Shown piece by piece: positions 8,346-17,952 of a stretch of DNA of 64,000 bases (the stretch's first letter is position 1; each line of letters opens with the position of its first letter). The translations under genes and the position numbers were made by a program. The DNA lies in the NCBI GenBank assembly GCA_964504595.1, contig CAZDEE010000002.1, positions 49,839 through 113,838 on the forward strand, given 5' to 3'. A model generated the notes under the pieces. That model was not told where the DNA came from. It did no database searches and saw only the letters and a program-made list of their open reading frames with translations. Source of the stretch: an uncultured Staphylococcaceae bacterium (lineage in GTDB: Bacteria; Bacillota_I; Bacilli_A; RFN20; CAG-826).

Positions 8346-10199
8346 TTTTGTATAGTAAGTAAATGAGGTATTTTGATTATTTCCTTTGTAGATAAATGGC
8401 TTCAAATTAGTAGTTGTATAGAAGTAGTCTTTTTTTCTTTCCATTAAGCGATTTGCAATATCTTTAAAAATTTGTTTAGTGATATTTCCATCTTCAAATC
8501 CGCTATTATCATCATTTCCCATCCATACACAAATGGTATATTGAGGATTAAATCCAACGACCCATCGATCTGAAGTGGTTGTTCCAGTTTTTGCTGAGAA
8601 TCTACTTTCAGTTTGATAATTAAGCAAAGAAGGACTAGCGTAGCTTTTAAATGCTTTATCAAAAGGAGAACGTAAGAGATAGTTTATTTGTAGAACACTA
8701 TCAGAATAAAGCCTAAATTCGCATTTTTGCTTATTAATTGCGATTGTATCTCCATTAGTATTTGTTATTTTTTTATAAAATCGAGGACGATAATAGCTTC
8801 CTTCACTTGCAAATGTATTATATATAGTAGCAAGTTCTAAAGGAGATAAGGAGTTTGAACCTAATCCAATAGTTGGATTTGCTTCGATATTTTGGATATG
8901 AAATTTTTCTAATAGATTCTTAATTCTTTTAGATCCTAACAGAAGTGTAGTTTTTGTGGCGTAAATATTGTCGCTTAATGCAATTGCTTCAAGCATTGTT
9001 ATTTCTTTATTGGCATATTTGTTATTGGCGTTACTTGGAGAATATTCCCCAATACCATCAATATAAAAAGTTGTTGGTTCGCTTTTAAATGTGGTTAAAG
9101 GGGTCATTCCATTTTCTAATCCCAAGTAATATATTAGGGGCTTTATAGTAGAACCTGTTTGTCTTTTAGCGGATATCGCGCGATTATAAGGACTTAAAGT
9201 GTAATCTTTTCCTCCGATAAGACCTAAAACATCGCCAGAGTATGGCTTCATAACAACGACGCTTATTTGGGAATTATAATTGTATTTACTAGTAATTTCT
9301 TCGATGATATTTTGGACATTGTTATCTAAACAAGAGTATATTTTATAGCCTATATTTTGTTTGTTATTAGTAATTATATTGTGATTTTCTAGTTGTTTTA
9401 TTAAAGCGTCATGATAGTAGAGCAAATTAGCGGAATATTTATTAGGAAAAGAATATTTAAAATCTAGGCTTTCTGTAGTAGCTAACAAGTATTCACGTTT
9501 TGTTATAAATTTTTGATTTAACATTGCTTTTAGGACGTTATGTTGCTGTTTTGTAGCAATATTCAAGTTTATTTCTGGAGAATAATTAGTGGGCGAAGGT
9601 AGCAAACCGATTAGCATAGCAACTTCACCAAGCGATAACAATTTAGGTGATTTATGGTAGAAATAATAACTTGCTTGGTATACTCCATATAAGTTGTGAC
9701 CAAAATAAGCAATATTTAAGTATGTTTCTAGTATTTCTTCTTTGCTATATGTCATTTCTATTTTTTTAGCAATAAAGGCTTCTTTTAGTTTTCTTTCAAT
9801 TGTTTTTTCATTTGATAGATATAGTGTTCTTGCTACTTGTTGAGTGATTGTTGATCCTCCGCTGGTGATGCTTTTATTTGTAATGTTAGAAATTGCACTA
9901 GATATGATTCTAATATAATCTAGCCCATGGTGTTTAAAAAAACGTTTGTCTTCTGAAGCAATTACAGCATCTTTAAAATAAGGAGATATTTCATCTAATG
10001 TTTGATAAACACCAAATTGATTAAAATAACGGCTATAACTATTTTTTTGATCATTTGAATATACTTCGATTTCTCGAGGATGAGAAAAGTTATAAGATGG
10101 ACTAATGAATATTATGAAGTTAAAAGATAAAGTTAATGTCATTAATAGTAATGAAATTTTAAATAATTTTTTTGATATTTTTATTACTCGTGGATACAT
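8343..10199 (-). CDS. Second class A penicillin-binding protein (GT51 + transpeptidase)
   Basis: GT51 motifs (SEDKRFFKHHGLD, GGSTITQQV, RKLKE), then STIK and KTGT. Start set at the ATG at 10199, preceded by GGGAGG. Confidence 0.85.
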   Translation of the reverse strand: MYPRVIKISKKLFKISLLLMTLTLSFNFIIFISPSYNFSHPREIEVYSNDQKNSYSRYFNQFGVYQTLDEISPYFKDAVIASEDKRFFKHHGLDYIRIISSAISNITNKSITSGGSTITQQVARTLYLSNEKTIERKLKEAFIAKKIEMTYSKEEILETYLNIAYFGHNLYGVYQASYYFYHKSPKLLSLGEVAMLIGLLPSPTNYSPEINLNIATKQQHNVLKAMLNQKFITKREYLLATTESLDFKYSFPNKYSANLLYYHDALIKQLENHNIITNNKQNIGYKIYSCLDNNVQNIIEEITSKYNYNSQISVVVMKPYSGDVLGLIGGKDYTLSPYNRAISAKRQTGSTIKPLIYYLGLENGMTPLTTFKSEPTTFYIDGIGEYSPSNANNKYANKEITMLEAIALSDNIYATKTTLLLGSKRIKNLLEKFHIQNIEANPTIGLGSNSLSPLELATIYNTFASEGSYYRPRFYKKITNTNGDTIAINKQKCEFRLYSDSVLQINYLLRSPFDKAFKSYASPSLLNYQTESRFSAKTGTTTSDRWVVGFNPQYTICVWMGNDDNSGFEDGNITKQIFKDIANRLMERKKDYFYTTTNLKPFIYKGNNQNTSFTYYTK

Positions 10200-10312
10200 A
10201 AAAATTCCTCCCTTATTATGGTTGGAAAAAATATTTATTTTATTCAAAAATAATTGATTTTATTTATTAATAAAGTTGTTTAAAGTTTAGGCTTTATCGA
10301 TTATAATTATAC

Positions 10313-10711
10313 ATGGTGAAAAAAATGGGAAATAAAAAGATGAAATTCACTCATGAAATATTAATCGATGGTGAAAAAGAGATTATTGTTCGTGATGTAA
10401 ATGCAGAAGTATTAAATACGGGGGAATTTGTTTATGAATATGAAGAAAATAATCATACCGTTTTAATGAAATTTTTCTTTCATGATGAAGGTGTGTTAGT
10501 AAAAATTTATGGCGATAATTATGTTTCTTTAATTCCTTTAGAATTAAATCAAAAAACTTGTGGAAAATTCAATTTTCAGCAACATGAAATGACTTTTGAC
10601 TTTCTTTTAAAGAAAATTGAGATTAAAAGTCTTGCAATTTATCTAGAATATGATATATTCACAAGGGGCAGTGTTATTTCTAATAACACTTGGCGAATTG
10701 AGGTGAAATAA
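10313..10711 (+). CDS. DUF1934 (YwiB-like) beta-barrel protein
   Basis: Small protein immediately upstream of argS and abutting it (stop codon directly followed by the argS ATG), the conserved position of ywiB in Bacillus. Internal starts at 10325 or 10340 are possible. Confidence 0.55.
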   Translation: MVKKMGNKKMKFTHEILIDGEKEIIVRDVNAEVLNTGEFVYEYEENNHTVLMKFFFHDEGVLVKIYGDNYVSLIPLELNQKTCGKFNFQQHEMTFDFLLKKIEIKSLAIYLEYDIFTRGSVISNNTWRIEVK

Positions 10712-12337
10712 ATGATAATTGAAATGTCTTTAAAAACTAAAATTCAGGAAGCATTTGCAAAAATGGGAGTTTCCTTATCATTAGAACAAATTGTTATCGA
10801 AAGATCAAAAGAGAAAGTTCATGGTGATTACGCCACAAATATAGCGATGAAAATGGCAAGAGAACTTCGTGAGAATCCGCTTGTTATTGCGGAAAAAGTT
10901 GTGTCTTTGATGGATAAAGATTTATTTGACAAAGTCGAGGTTGTTCGTCCAGGATTTATTAATTTCTTTATGAAGGCAGAATCATTAAGCAATGTTGTTT
11001 TAAGAATATTAGAATCTGGAGAACATTATGGAGACTCTACATATGGTAATAACCAAAGAATTAATGTTGAGTTTGTTTCTGCTAATCCGACTGGTGATTT
11101 ACATTTAGGTCATGCAAGAGGTGCAGCGATAGGTGATGTTATATGTCGTTTGTATAAAAAAATCGGTTATGATGTTACACGAGAATTTTATGTAAATGAT
11201 GCTGGTAATCAAATTACAATTTTAGGAAAATCAATTAGAGCGAGATATCATCAATTGTTTGGTGAAGATGTTATGGTTCCTGAAGATGGTTATCATGGTC
11301 AAGATTTAATAGAAATCGCAAAAATTATGAAAGACGAAATCTCTGATAAATATTTAGTTGATTCAGAGGAGTCAGAAACATATTTCAAGCGTCGTGGAGC
11401 GGAACTTGAATTAAAGAAACTAGATAACGATTTACGTAATTTTGGTGTTAAGTTTGATATTTATTCTTTTGAAACTGATATTCGAAAGAATAATGGAGTT
11501 GAAAGAGTAATTGAGCATACAAAAGATTTATGTTATGAACAAGATGGTGCTTTATTCTTAGAGACTTCAAAGTATGGCGATGATAAAGATCGGGTTATTA
11601 TTAAGAGTGATGGTTCTTATACATACTTGTTACCAGACATCGCGTACCATTTAAATAAGTTATCACGTAATTACACTAAGTTGATTGATGTTTTAGGTGC
11701 TGATCATCATGGTTACATAAATCGTATGAAGGCCGCATTAATGATGTTTGGATATTCTCGTGATATTTTGGATATTGAACTTATTCAAATGGTTCGTTTA
11801 TTCAAAAATGGTGAAGAATATAAGATGTCAAAAAGAACCGGTAATGCAATTTCAATGCGTGAATTATGTGAGGAAGTTGGAGTTGATGCGGTTAGATATT
11901 TCTTTGTTGCAAGAGCAGCTTCAGCACATTTAGATTTCAATCTTGATTTAGCAGTTGAGCAAAGCAGTGCAAATCCGGTTTATTATGCTCAATATGCTTA
12001 CGCTCGTTTATACAAAGTTTTGTCTTTAGCGGAAGATATTGAAATCAAATTAGATGGTTCCTATTTAACTGATCGAAAAGAAATTGATTTAATGAAGTTA
12101 CTTGGGGATTATCCAAAAGAAGTTCTTGATGCTGCAACTAGCAGATCACCGTATAAGATGGTTACATACATTCAAAAATTAGCCGGTTTGATACACGGCT
12201 TCTATACTGAATGTCGATTGATAGATCGTAACAATTTAGAACAAACTGGAGCGCGTTTAGCTTTGGCTAAAGCGTCGATGATTGTAATGAAAAATGCTTT
12301 AGAACTTATTGGTGTTAATGCGCCAAAAGAAATGTAA
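10712..12337 (+). CDS. argS: Arginine--tRNA ligase
   Basis: HIGH-type motif (ANPTGDLHLGHARGA). Typical length and C-terminal anticodon-binding domain ending in M. Confidence 0.93.
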   Translation: MIIEMSLKTKIQEAFAKMGVSLSLEQIVIERSKEKVHGDYATNIAMKMARELRENPLVIAEKVVSLMDKDLFDKVEVVRPGFINFFMKAESLSNVVLRILESGEHYGDSTYGNNQRINVEFVSANPTGDLHLGHARGAAIGDVICRLYKKIGYDVTREFYVNDAGNQITILGKSIRARYHQLFGEDVMVPEDGYHGQDLIEIAKIMKDEISDKYLVDSEESETYFKRRGAELELKKLDNDLRNFGVKFDIYSFETDIRKNNGVERVIEHTKDLCYEQDGALFLETSKYGDDKDRVIIKSDGSYTYLLPDIAYHLNKLSRNYTKLIDVLGADHHGYINRMKAALMMFGYSRDILDIELIQMVRLFKNGEEYKMSKRTGNAISMRELCEEVGVDAVRYFFVARAASAHLDFNLDLAVEQSSANPVYYAQYAYARLYKVLSLAEDIEIKLDGSYLTDRKEIDLMKLLGDYPKEVLDAATSRSPYKMVTYIQKLAGLIHGFYTECRLIDRNNLEQTGARLALAKASMIVMKNALELIGVNAPKEM

Positions 12338-12350
12338 TGGAGGAAAAAAT

Positions 12351-12740
12351 ATGAGCAACAAATCAAATTTAGATGTCGCCTATGAATTAATCTTAAGAAG
12401 TGATGATCCTGTGGAATTTAAGGATATTTGGGTGGAAATTGTAAAAGTTCAAGGTTTAGATGAAGAAACTGCAAATAGAACGATAGGTCAATTTTATACA
12501 AATTTATCCTTAGATGGTCGTTTTGTTACATTAGGTGAAAATGTATGGGACCTTCGTGTACGTCATAAATATGAAAAAGTTCATATCGATATGAATGATG
12601 TTTATCGTGATATTGAAATCACTCAAGAAATTGATGCTGAAGAAGCTGAATATAACAAGATTCTCGATGGTGAAGATGATGATGAATATGACGATGACGA
12701 TGAAGAAAAAGATAGCGATTCAGAGGATTCTGATTACTAA
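12351..12740 (+). CDS. rpoE: RNA polymerase delta subunit
   Basis: N-terminal HARE-HTH-like region (LDVAYELIL...FKDIW..., FYTNLSLDGRFV) plus a poly-Asp/Glu C-terminal tail. GGAGG RBS before the ATG at 12351. Confidence 0.88.
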   Translation: MSNKSNLDVAYELILRSDDPVEFKDIWVEIVKVQGLDEETANRTIGQFYTNLSLDGRFVTLGENVWDLRVRHKYEKVHIDMNDVYRDIEITQEIDAEEAEYNKILDGEDDDEYDDDDEEKDSDSEDSDY

Positions 12741-12768
12741 TAAATATTAAAAAAGAGAGGGTATAAAA

Positions 12769-13638
12769 ATGGGATTAGTTAACGTTAAAGAAATGATGAA
12801 AAAAGCAGAAGAAGGACATTATGCAATTGGACACTTCAACATTAATAATTTGGAATGGACAAAAGCAATTCTTCAAGTTGCTGAAGAAACAAGAACACCA
12901 GTTATTTTAGGTGTTTCAGAAGGTGCAGCAAAGTATATGTGTGGTTTTAATACCATCGTTGCAATGGTTAATGAAATGATGAAGACATTAAACATTACAG
13001 TACCAGTAGCTTTACATTTAGATCACGGTTCATATGAAGGTGCAAAAAAAGCCTTAGAAGCTGGATTTAGCTCAGTTATGTTTGATGGTTCACATTATCC
13101 AATTGAAGAAAATATTGCTAAGACAAAAGAAATAATTGCTCTTGCTAATAAATTAGGCTGCACAGTTGAAGCTGAAGTTGGCGCAATTGGTGGCGAAGAA
13201 GATGGCGTTATCGGCGGTGGCGAAGTTGCAAATCCAGATGAATGTGTATTAATTGCTTCATTAGGTGTTGATATTTTAGCTGCAGGTATTGGTAATATTC
13301 ATGGTAAATATCCAGCAAATTGGAAAGGCCTTGATTTTGAAACATTATCAAAGATTAAAGAAAAAGTTGGACATATGCCACTTGTTTTACATGGCGGAAC
13401 CGGTATTCCTGCTGAAATGATTAAAAAAGCTATTTCATTAGGTGTTTGTAAGATTAATGTTAATACAGAATGTCAATTAGCTTTCCAAGAAGCAACTAGA
13501 AAGTACATTGAAGATGGTAAGGATTTAGAGGGTAAAGGTTTTGACCCAAGAAAGTTACTTGCTCCAGGAACTCAAGCAATTAAAGATTGTGTTAAAGAAA
13601 AAATGACTCTTTTTGGTTCATTAGGAAAAGCAGAATAA
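12769..13638 (+). CDS. fba: Class II fructose-1,6-bisphosphate aldolase
   Basis: Typical motifs (HFNINNLE, LHLDHG, HG.SG as LHGGTG). 289 aa. Confidence 0.93.
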   Translation: MGLVNVKEMMKKAEEGHYAIGHFNINNLEWTKAILQVAEETRTPVILGVSEGAAKYMCGFNTIVAMVNEMMKTLNITVPVALHLDHGSYEGAKKALEAGFSSVMFDGSHYPIEENIAKTKEIIALANKLGCTVEAEVGAIGGEEDGVIGGGEVANPDECVLIASLGVDILAAGIGNIHGKYPANWKGLDFETLSKIKEKVGHMPLVLHGGTGIPAEMIKKAISLGVCKINVNTECQLAFQEATRKYIEDGKDLEGKGFDPRKLLAPGTQAIKDCVKEKMTLFGSLGKAE

Positions 13639-13652
13639 TTAAGTTTTATAAA

Positions 13653-13683
13653 AAGATTAGAGTTATTGATTCTAATCTTTTTG
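13653..13683 (+). terminator. Terminator after fba
   Basis: AAGATTAGA-9 nt-TCTAATCTT followed by a T-run. Confidence 0.8.
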
Positions 13684-13765
13684 TTTGTTTAAAAATAAGT
13701 ATAAAATGGGAATCTATGAGATTGCTTATTCTTATGGTATAATTTATATAAGGAGTTGATTGAAA

Positions 13766-14716
13766 ATGATTATTCGTAAAATTCTTGATAAAGTAGAACA
13801 ATATGATTCAATAGTAATTTTTGGTCATAAAAATCCTGATGGTGATTGCTATGGTTCACAAGTAGGATTAAAAGAAATGTTGCTAAGGCTTTATCCAAAT
13901 AAAAAAGTATATATTGTTGGAAGTGGATATACTAAAATGCTTTCTTTTATTATGAAAATGGATGTCGTAGCGGATGATGTTATAAAATCTAGTTTAGGTA
14001 TTGCCGTTGATTTTAATGAATTATCAAGATCTGAAGATCAAAGGATATGTGATGTTAAAGAGCTTGTTGTTATCGATCATCATATTCCAAATTGTCCATT
14101 TGGGGATATAAGCTTAGTTGATACGGAAAGAGTATCTTGTGCAGAAATAATCGCAAGAATTGTTATTGATTTAGATATTTCATTATCTTCATCTGGTTAT
14201 AATGCTTTATTATTAGGTTTGATAACCGATTCGGGTAGATTTTTATATCAACCTTTAAATGGTGATACATTAAGAATTGGTGCTTATTTAATGGATAAAG
14301 GTGCAAATGCATCTTATATTTATGATGTTATTTATGAAAGTGATGAATCACAATTAGAATTAAGAAAATATATTTATAATCACTATAAAAAGACTGAACA
14401 TGGATTAATTTATGTCTTATTTACCAAGAAAGATATTAAAGAATTAAATATTTCTGTATATCGAGCAAGTGGCTTTGTTAATACATTGGCCAATATTAAA
14501 GGGTTACCAATTTGGGCCGCTTTTGCGGAAGATGAAAATGATGAATGCCGAGTTGAAGTTAGAAGTACTTGGCCTATAGTTCAACCGATTATGAGCGCTC
14601 ATGGAGGTGGGGGTCATCCTCATGCTGCAGGATGTACAGCACATAATTTAGAAGAAGTATATGAAATTATTAAGGAATTAGATGAACTAATTATTAAGGG
14701 TGAAAAAAATGATTGA
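13766..14716 (+). CDS. nrnA: DHH/DHHA1 phosphoesterase (NrnA-type oligoribonuclease / pAp phosphatase)
   Basis: DHH motifs (H.NPDGD, DHH) and C-terminal GGGH (AHGGGGHPHAAG). ATG at 13766 lies 10 nt after AGGAG. Confidence 0.8.
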   Translation: MIIRKILDKVEQYDSIVIFGHKNPDGDCYGSQVGLKEMLLRLYPNKKVYIVGSGYTKMLSFIMKMDVVADDVIKSSLGIAVDFNELSRSEDQRICDVKELVVIDHHIPNCPFGDISLVDTERVSCAEIIARIVIDLDISLSSSGYNALLLGLITDSGRFLYQPLNGDTLRIGAYLMDKGANASYIYDVIYESDESQLELRKYIYNHYKKTEHGLIYVLFTKKDIKELNISVYRASGFVNTLANIKGLPIWAAFAEDENDECRVEVRSTWPIVQPIMSAHGGGGHPHAAGCTAHNLEEVYEIIKELDELIIKGEKND

Positions 14717-15494
14717 TTTACATAAAGCATTAGAGGTAGCCTTAGAGGCAGCAAGAAAAGCTAAAGAAGAAATATTAAGAGTATATAATTTAGATTTTGA
14801 TGTAATGATTAAAGAAGATAATTCTCCAGTTACAGTTGCGGATCAACATGCAGATTCGATTATTCGTCAAGTTATTCATAGTTATTATCCTAGTCATGCA
14901 TTTTTAACCGAAGAATCAGATGATGATTTATCGCGATTGAATTATGATTATGTTTGGATTGTAGATCCTGTTGATGGAACAAAGGATTTTGTTTCAAAGG
15001 ACAATGAATTTACGACAAATATTGCTTTGTGTTATAAGCATGAAATTGTTTTAGGTGTTGTTCTTATTCCAGTAAGCGGTGAAATTTATTATGCGATTAA
15101 AGGCGAAGGATCATATTACATCGATGAACAAGGAAACATTTCAAGAAATCATGTTAGTGATAGAACAAAAGATTTAATATTTTTAACTTCTAAATTCCAT
15201 GTAAGTGATAAAGAAATTACTTATTATGAATCTCATAAAGATATTATTAAAACAAAAGAACAATATGGAAGCGCAATTAAGGCGTGTAGAATTGCTAGAG
15301 GACTTGCGGATTTGCAATTGCGGTTTGGTGAAGGAACAAAAGAATGGGACACCGCCGCAAGTCAAATTGTGGTTATTGAAGCCGGTGGAGTTTTTATTAC
15401 TCCTAATGGAGAAACGATGTCATATAATAGAGAAAATGTTTATAATTTAGAGGGTTTCTTTGTTGCAAATAAGAAAAGCAATTTACCTTTATAA
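14709..15494 (+). CDS. Inositol monophosphatase-family protein, CysQ-like 3'(2'),5'-bisphosphate nucleotidase
   Basis: Motifs EE, WIVDPVDGTKDF and KEWDTAA. The start codon overlaps the nrnA stop (ATGATTGA). Confidence 0.7.
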   Translation: MIDLHKALEVALEAARKAKEEILRVYNLDFDVMIKEDNSPVTVADQHADSIIRQVIHSYYPSHAFLTEESDDDLSRLNYDYVWIVDPVDGTKDFVSKDNEFTTNIALCYKHEIVLGVVLIPVSGEIYYAIKGEGSYYIDEQGNISRNHVSDRTKDLIFLTSKFHVSDKEITYYESHKDIIKTKEQYGSAIKACRIARGLADLQLRFGEGTKEWDTAASQIVVIEAGGVFITPNGETMSYNRENVYNLEGFFVANKKSNLPL

Positions 15495-15504
15495 ATTAGT
15501 ATTG

Positions 15505-15531
15505 AGTATCCTTATTTAGGATACTTTTTTA
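15505..15531 (+). terminator. Terminator
   Basis: AGTATCCT-tattt-AGGATACT followed by a T-run. Confidence 0.8.
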
Positions 15532-15568
15532 AAAGCTTTTTGCATAATGTTTAGTGGTGATAATTATT

Positions 15569-16471
15569 ATGCAAGCGTTTATTTATGATTTATATGGATA
15601 TTATCCTCCATCAAATGAAATCGAATTTGATTATCAAGGTTGGCATTTTGTTTTAGAAGCTGTGAATGATTTACAAGAAAGTGATATTCAATCATTGGAT
15701 GAATTTGCATCTTCAATTGCGAATGCTTTTTCTAATGCTGGAGTAAAGATTATTAAAAATCGTTATGATCAATATTTATCAAAAGATGAAAGAGGTAATC
15801 TTATTTTAGTTGCGTATAAAAATACAATTTTTACTTTAGATGATTTAAATAAAATGCATCAAAATTATATTGGAATTAATTCAAAAGACCCGTATTTAAT
15901 TAGCTATTTAATATCATTATGGGAAGAAAAAATTGCGTTAATTGAAGAAAAAATTATACCTTCTTTTAAAATAGATGATTATTTTTATTATCGCATTATG
16001 ATAGCAATTAATTATAGTTTAGGATTAGCATATAATGCTTTACAATATTTAGCGGAATTAAAAATAGACTTAAATGATGTAATAGAACCTTTAACACTGA
16101 CACATAGAAGATTAAATTCCTTTAAAGCTCAGTCGATATTAGACCCATTAAGTTTTGTTTTAGATTCTCCAATACGCGATTTAGCGGAATTATTTAAAGC
16201 TAGAGCGATTACTGCTAATGAATTATTGAATGCATTAAAAAAATATCAATTTTCAGTTAAAGAAATAAGTCTTCTTTTAGCAAGAATTATGTTTCCTACA
16301 ACACTATTTGATTTATTAGAAAAGCATTATAGTGAACGAGTAGATGTAAGAAATGAAATTTTAGCTTATTATTATCAATTAAATAATCACGCGAATGAAA
16401 TAAAATATATTGAACAGTATTTAGTGGCAAATTATGGGATAAGACCAATATCTTGGCTTCAAGAAAAATAA
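15569..16471 (+). CDS. CotS/YutH-like (kinase-fold) protein, probable spore coat associated
   Basis: Size and overall pattern resemble the CotS/YutH family. It sits next to a yutI-type Nfu gene, as yutH does in B. subtilis. The catalytic-loop position reads THRRLN rather than H-x-D-x4-N. Confidence 0.4.
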   Translation: MQAFIYDLYGYYPPSNEIEFDYQGWHFVLEAVNDLQESDIQSLDEFASSIANAFSNAGVKIIKNRYDQYLSKDERGNLILVAYKNTIFTLDDLNKMHQNYIGINSKDPYLISYLISLWEEKIALIEEKIIPSFKIDDYFYYRIMIAINYSLGLAYNALQYLAELKIDLNDVIEPLTLTHRRLNSFKAQSILDPLSFVLDSPIRDLAELFKARAITANELLNALKKYQFSVKEISLLLARIMFPTTLFDLLEKHYSERVDVRNEILAYYYQLNNHANEIKYIEQYLVANYGIRPISWLQEK

Positions 16472-16500
16472 AAACAAGGATGATTAGTCCTTGTTTATTT
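16472..16500. terminator. Bidirectional terminator between convergent genes
   Basis: AAACAAGGA-tgattag-TCCTTGTTT flanked by A-runs and T-runs. Confidence 0.75.
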
Positions 16501-16746
16501 TCCTTTTTGGCTTGATAATTTAACTCCTAGTATGCCAGGAACTTCTTCCATTAAAATTACTTCAATGCCATCTGATATGGTGGTATCAATCATCATGCAG
16601 TCAGCACAGGCTCCATGCATTGTGATATAAACAATGCCATCTTCAAATGAATCAAATTGAACATCCCCACCATCACGTCTGATGAAAGGACGAATTTTAT
16701 CAAGTACAATTTGGATTTGTTCTTCAATTGTTAATTCGTTAAGCAT
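16495..16746 (-). CDS. NifU C-terminal domain (Nfu/YutI-type) Fe-S cluster protein
   Basis: RPF..DGGD..F and a C-x-x-C pair (GACADC). 83 aa. Confidence 0.85.
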   Translation of the reverse strand: MLNELTIEEQIQIVLDKIRPFIRRDGGDVQFDSFEDGIVYITMHGACADCMMIDTTISDGIEVILMEEVPGILGVKLSSQKGK

Positions 16747-16880
16747 AATCTTGTCTCCTTTGACTCGAAGAATATTATATCATTATATAAAACAAAATAA
16801 TAGTAAAAAAAGATTAGTTTCTGTATTTGATTTGCTTTGTTAACAGGTTATTGATATAATATTTAGCGAGGAAGATAAAC

Positions 16881-17738
16881 ATGAATGAATTACAGAAAGT
16901 AGAATTCGAACTACTAAAAAAATATATCGATTTTTGTGAAAAAAATGATTTAAAGTATTTTCTTGTTGGAGGTTCAGCATTAGGCGCAGTGCGTCATCAA
17001 GGATTTATTCCTTGGGATGATGATGTTGATGTTGCGATGCCAAGAGAAGATTATGATCGTTTTATAGAATTAGGTAAGAAAGAATTTGTGGGCGATATTT
17101 TCTTACAAACTTATGAAACTGATCCTAATTATCCATATAATTTTGCAAAATTAAGAAATTCAAAGACCACTTTTGTTGAGTGGGTATATCAATTTGTTAA
17201 TATGAATCACGGCGTTTGGATTGATATTTTTCCACTTGATGGTATTTCTAAAAAGCAAGGAAAGAAGACTTTTGCGATGAAGTGGAGAGTTTACCGAATT
17301 TGGCCACGTTTATTAATGATTGGAGCCCGTTCTATTTCTCGTTATCCACGTAAATGGTGGTTTATTTTAGATATTCTTTTAGATATTCTTTTATTGCCTT
17401 GGTTTTTATTTAATATTAATCATTATATGAATAAAAGAATTGATAAAATAATGCGCAAAAAGAAATATGATGAGTGTTATTATGTCGCTAATATGCAAGG
17501 AGCATGGTTCTCTAAAGAAATTATTAAAAGAGAGTATTTTGGAAATGGAACTAAAGCCATGTTTGAAGGTCTTGAAGTTGTCATTCCAGAAAAATATGAT
17601 GAATTCTTAACTTCGGTATATGGTGATTATATGAAATTGCCGCCGGTTGAAAAGAGAGTTGGAAAACATAATACTGCTGGATATAGTTTAACTGTTCCAT
17701 ATTATGAATTTAAAAAGAATTATAAAAAAGGAAAATAG
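16881..17738 (+). CDS. licD: LicD-family phosphotransferase (phosphocholine or polyol-phosphate transfer to teichoic acid/polysaccharide)
   Basis: LVGGSALGAVRHQGFIPWDDDVDVAM is the LicD signature. TTGCTT-17-TATAAT promoter lies upstream. Confidence 0.8.
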   Translation: MNELQKVEFELLKKYIDFCEKNDLKYFLVGGSALGAVRHQGFIPWDDDVDVAMPREDYDRFIELGKKEFVGDIFLQTYETDPNYPYNFAKLRNSKTTFVEWVYQFVNMNHGVWIDIFPLDGISKKQGKKTFAMKWRVYRIWPRLLMIGARSISRYPRKWWFILDILLDILLLPWFLFNINHYMNKRIDKIMRKKKYDECYYVANMQGAWFSKEIIKREYFGNGTKAMFEGLEVVIPEKYDEFLTSVYGDYMKLPPVEKRVGKHNTAGYSLTVPYYEFKKNYKKGK

Positions 17739-17750
17739 TGATAATTTAGA

Positions 17751-17849
17751 AAGACTTGGCTAATATGTACTTAACCCAAAAAGTTGGACTAACCGAAATG
17801 TTAGAAAGACTTAAGGGGGGTTAAGTACAAATATCAAGTCTTTTTTTTG
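17751..17849 (+). terminator. Long imperfect hairpin plus T8 (licD terminator, or a leader element for the downstream paralogs)
   Basis: AAGACTTG...GTACTTAACCC (17751-17777) pairs with GGGTTAAGTAC...CAAGTCTT (17817-17842), followed by T8. The 39-nt loop holds a second copy of TTAGAAAGACTT. Confidence 0.6.
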
Positions 17850-17952
17850 ACAATAATTAATAAATAATTAGGAGTTTTTTAATTTCGATCCTAATAAATA
17901 TTATAAGGCCTTTGTGACTTTATATTATTTGTTGTGAAAAGGAGGAATTAAA

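Noticed and set aside
10248-10312. Looked for T-box leaders upstream of argS, trpS and proS.
   Set aside because: The leaders are too short (about 60 nt, about 30 nt and 18 nt), and no specifier-loop or T-box sequence is visible. These aaRS genes appear T-box-free here.
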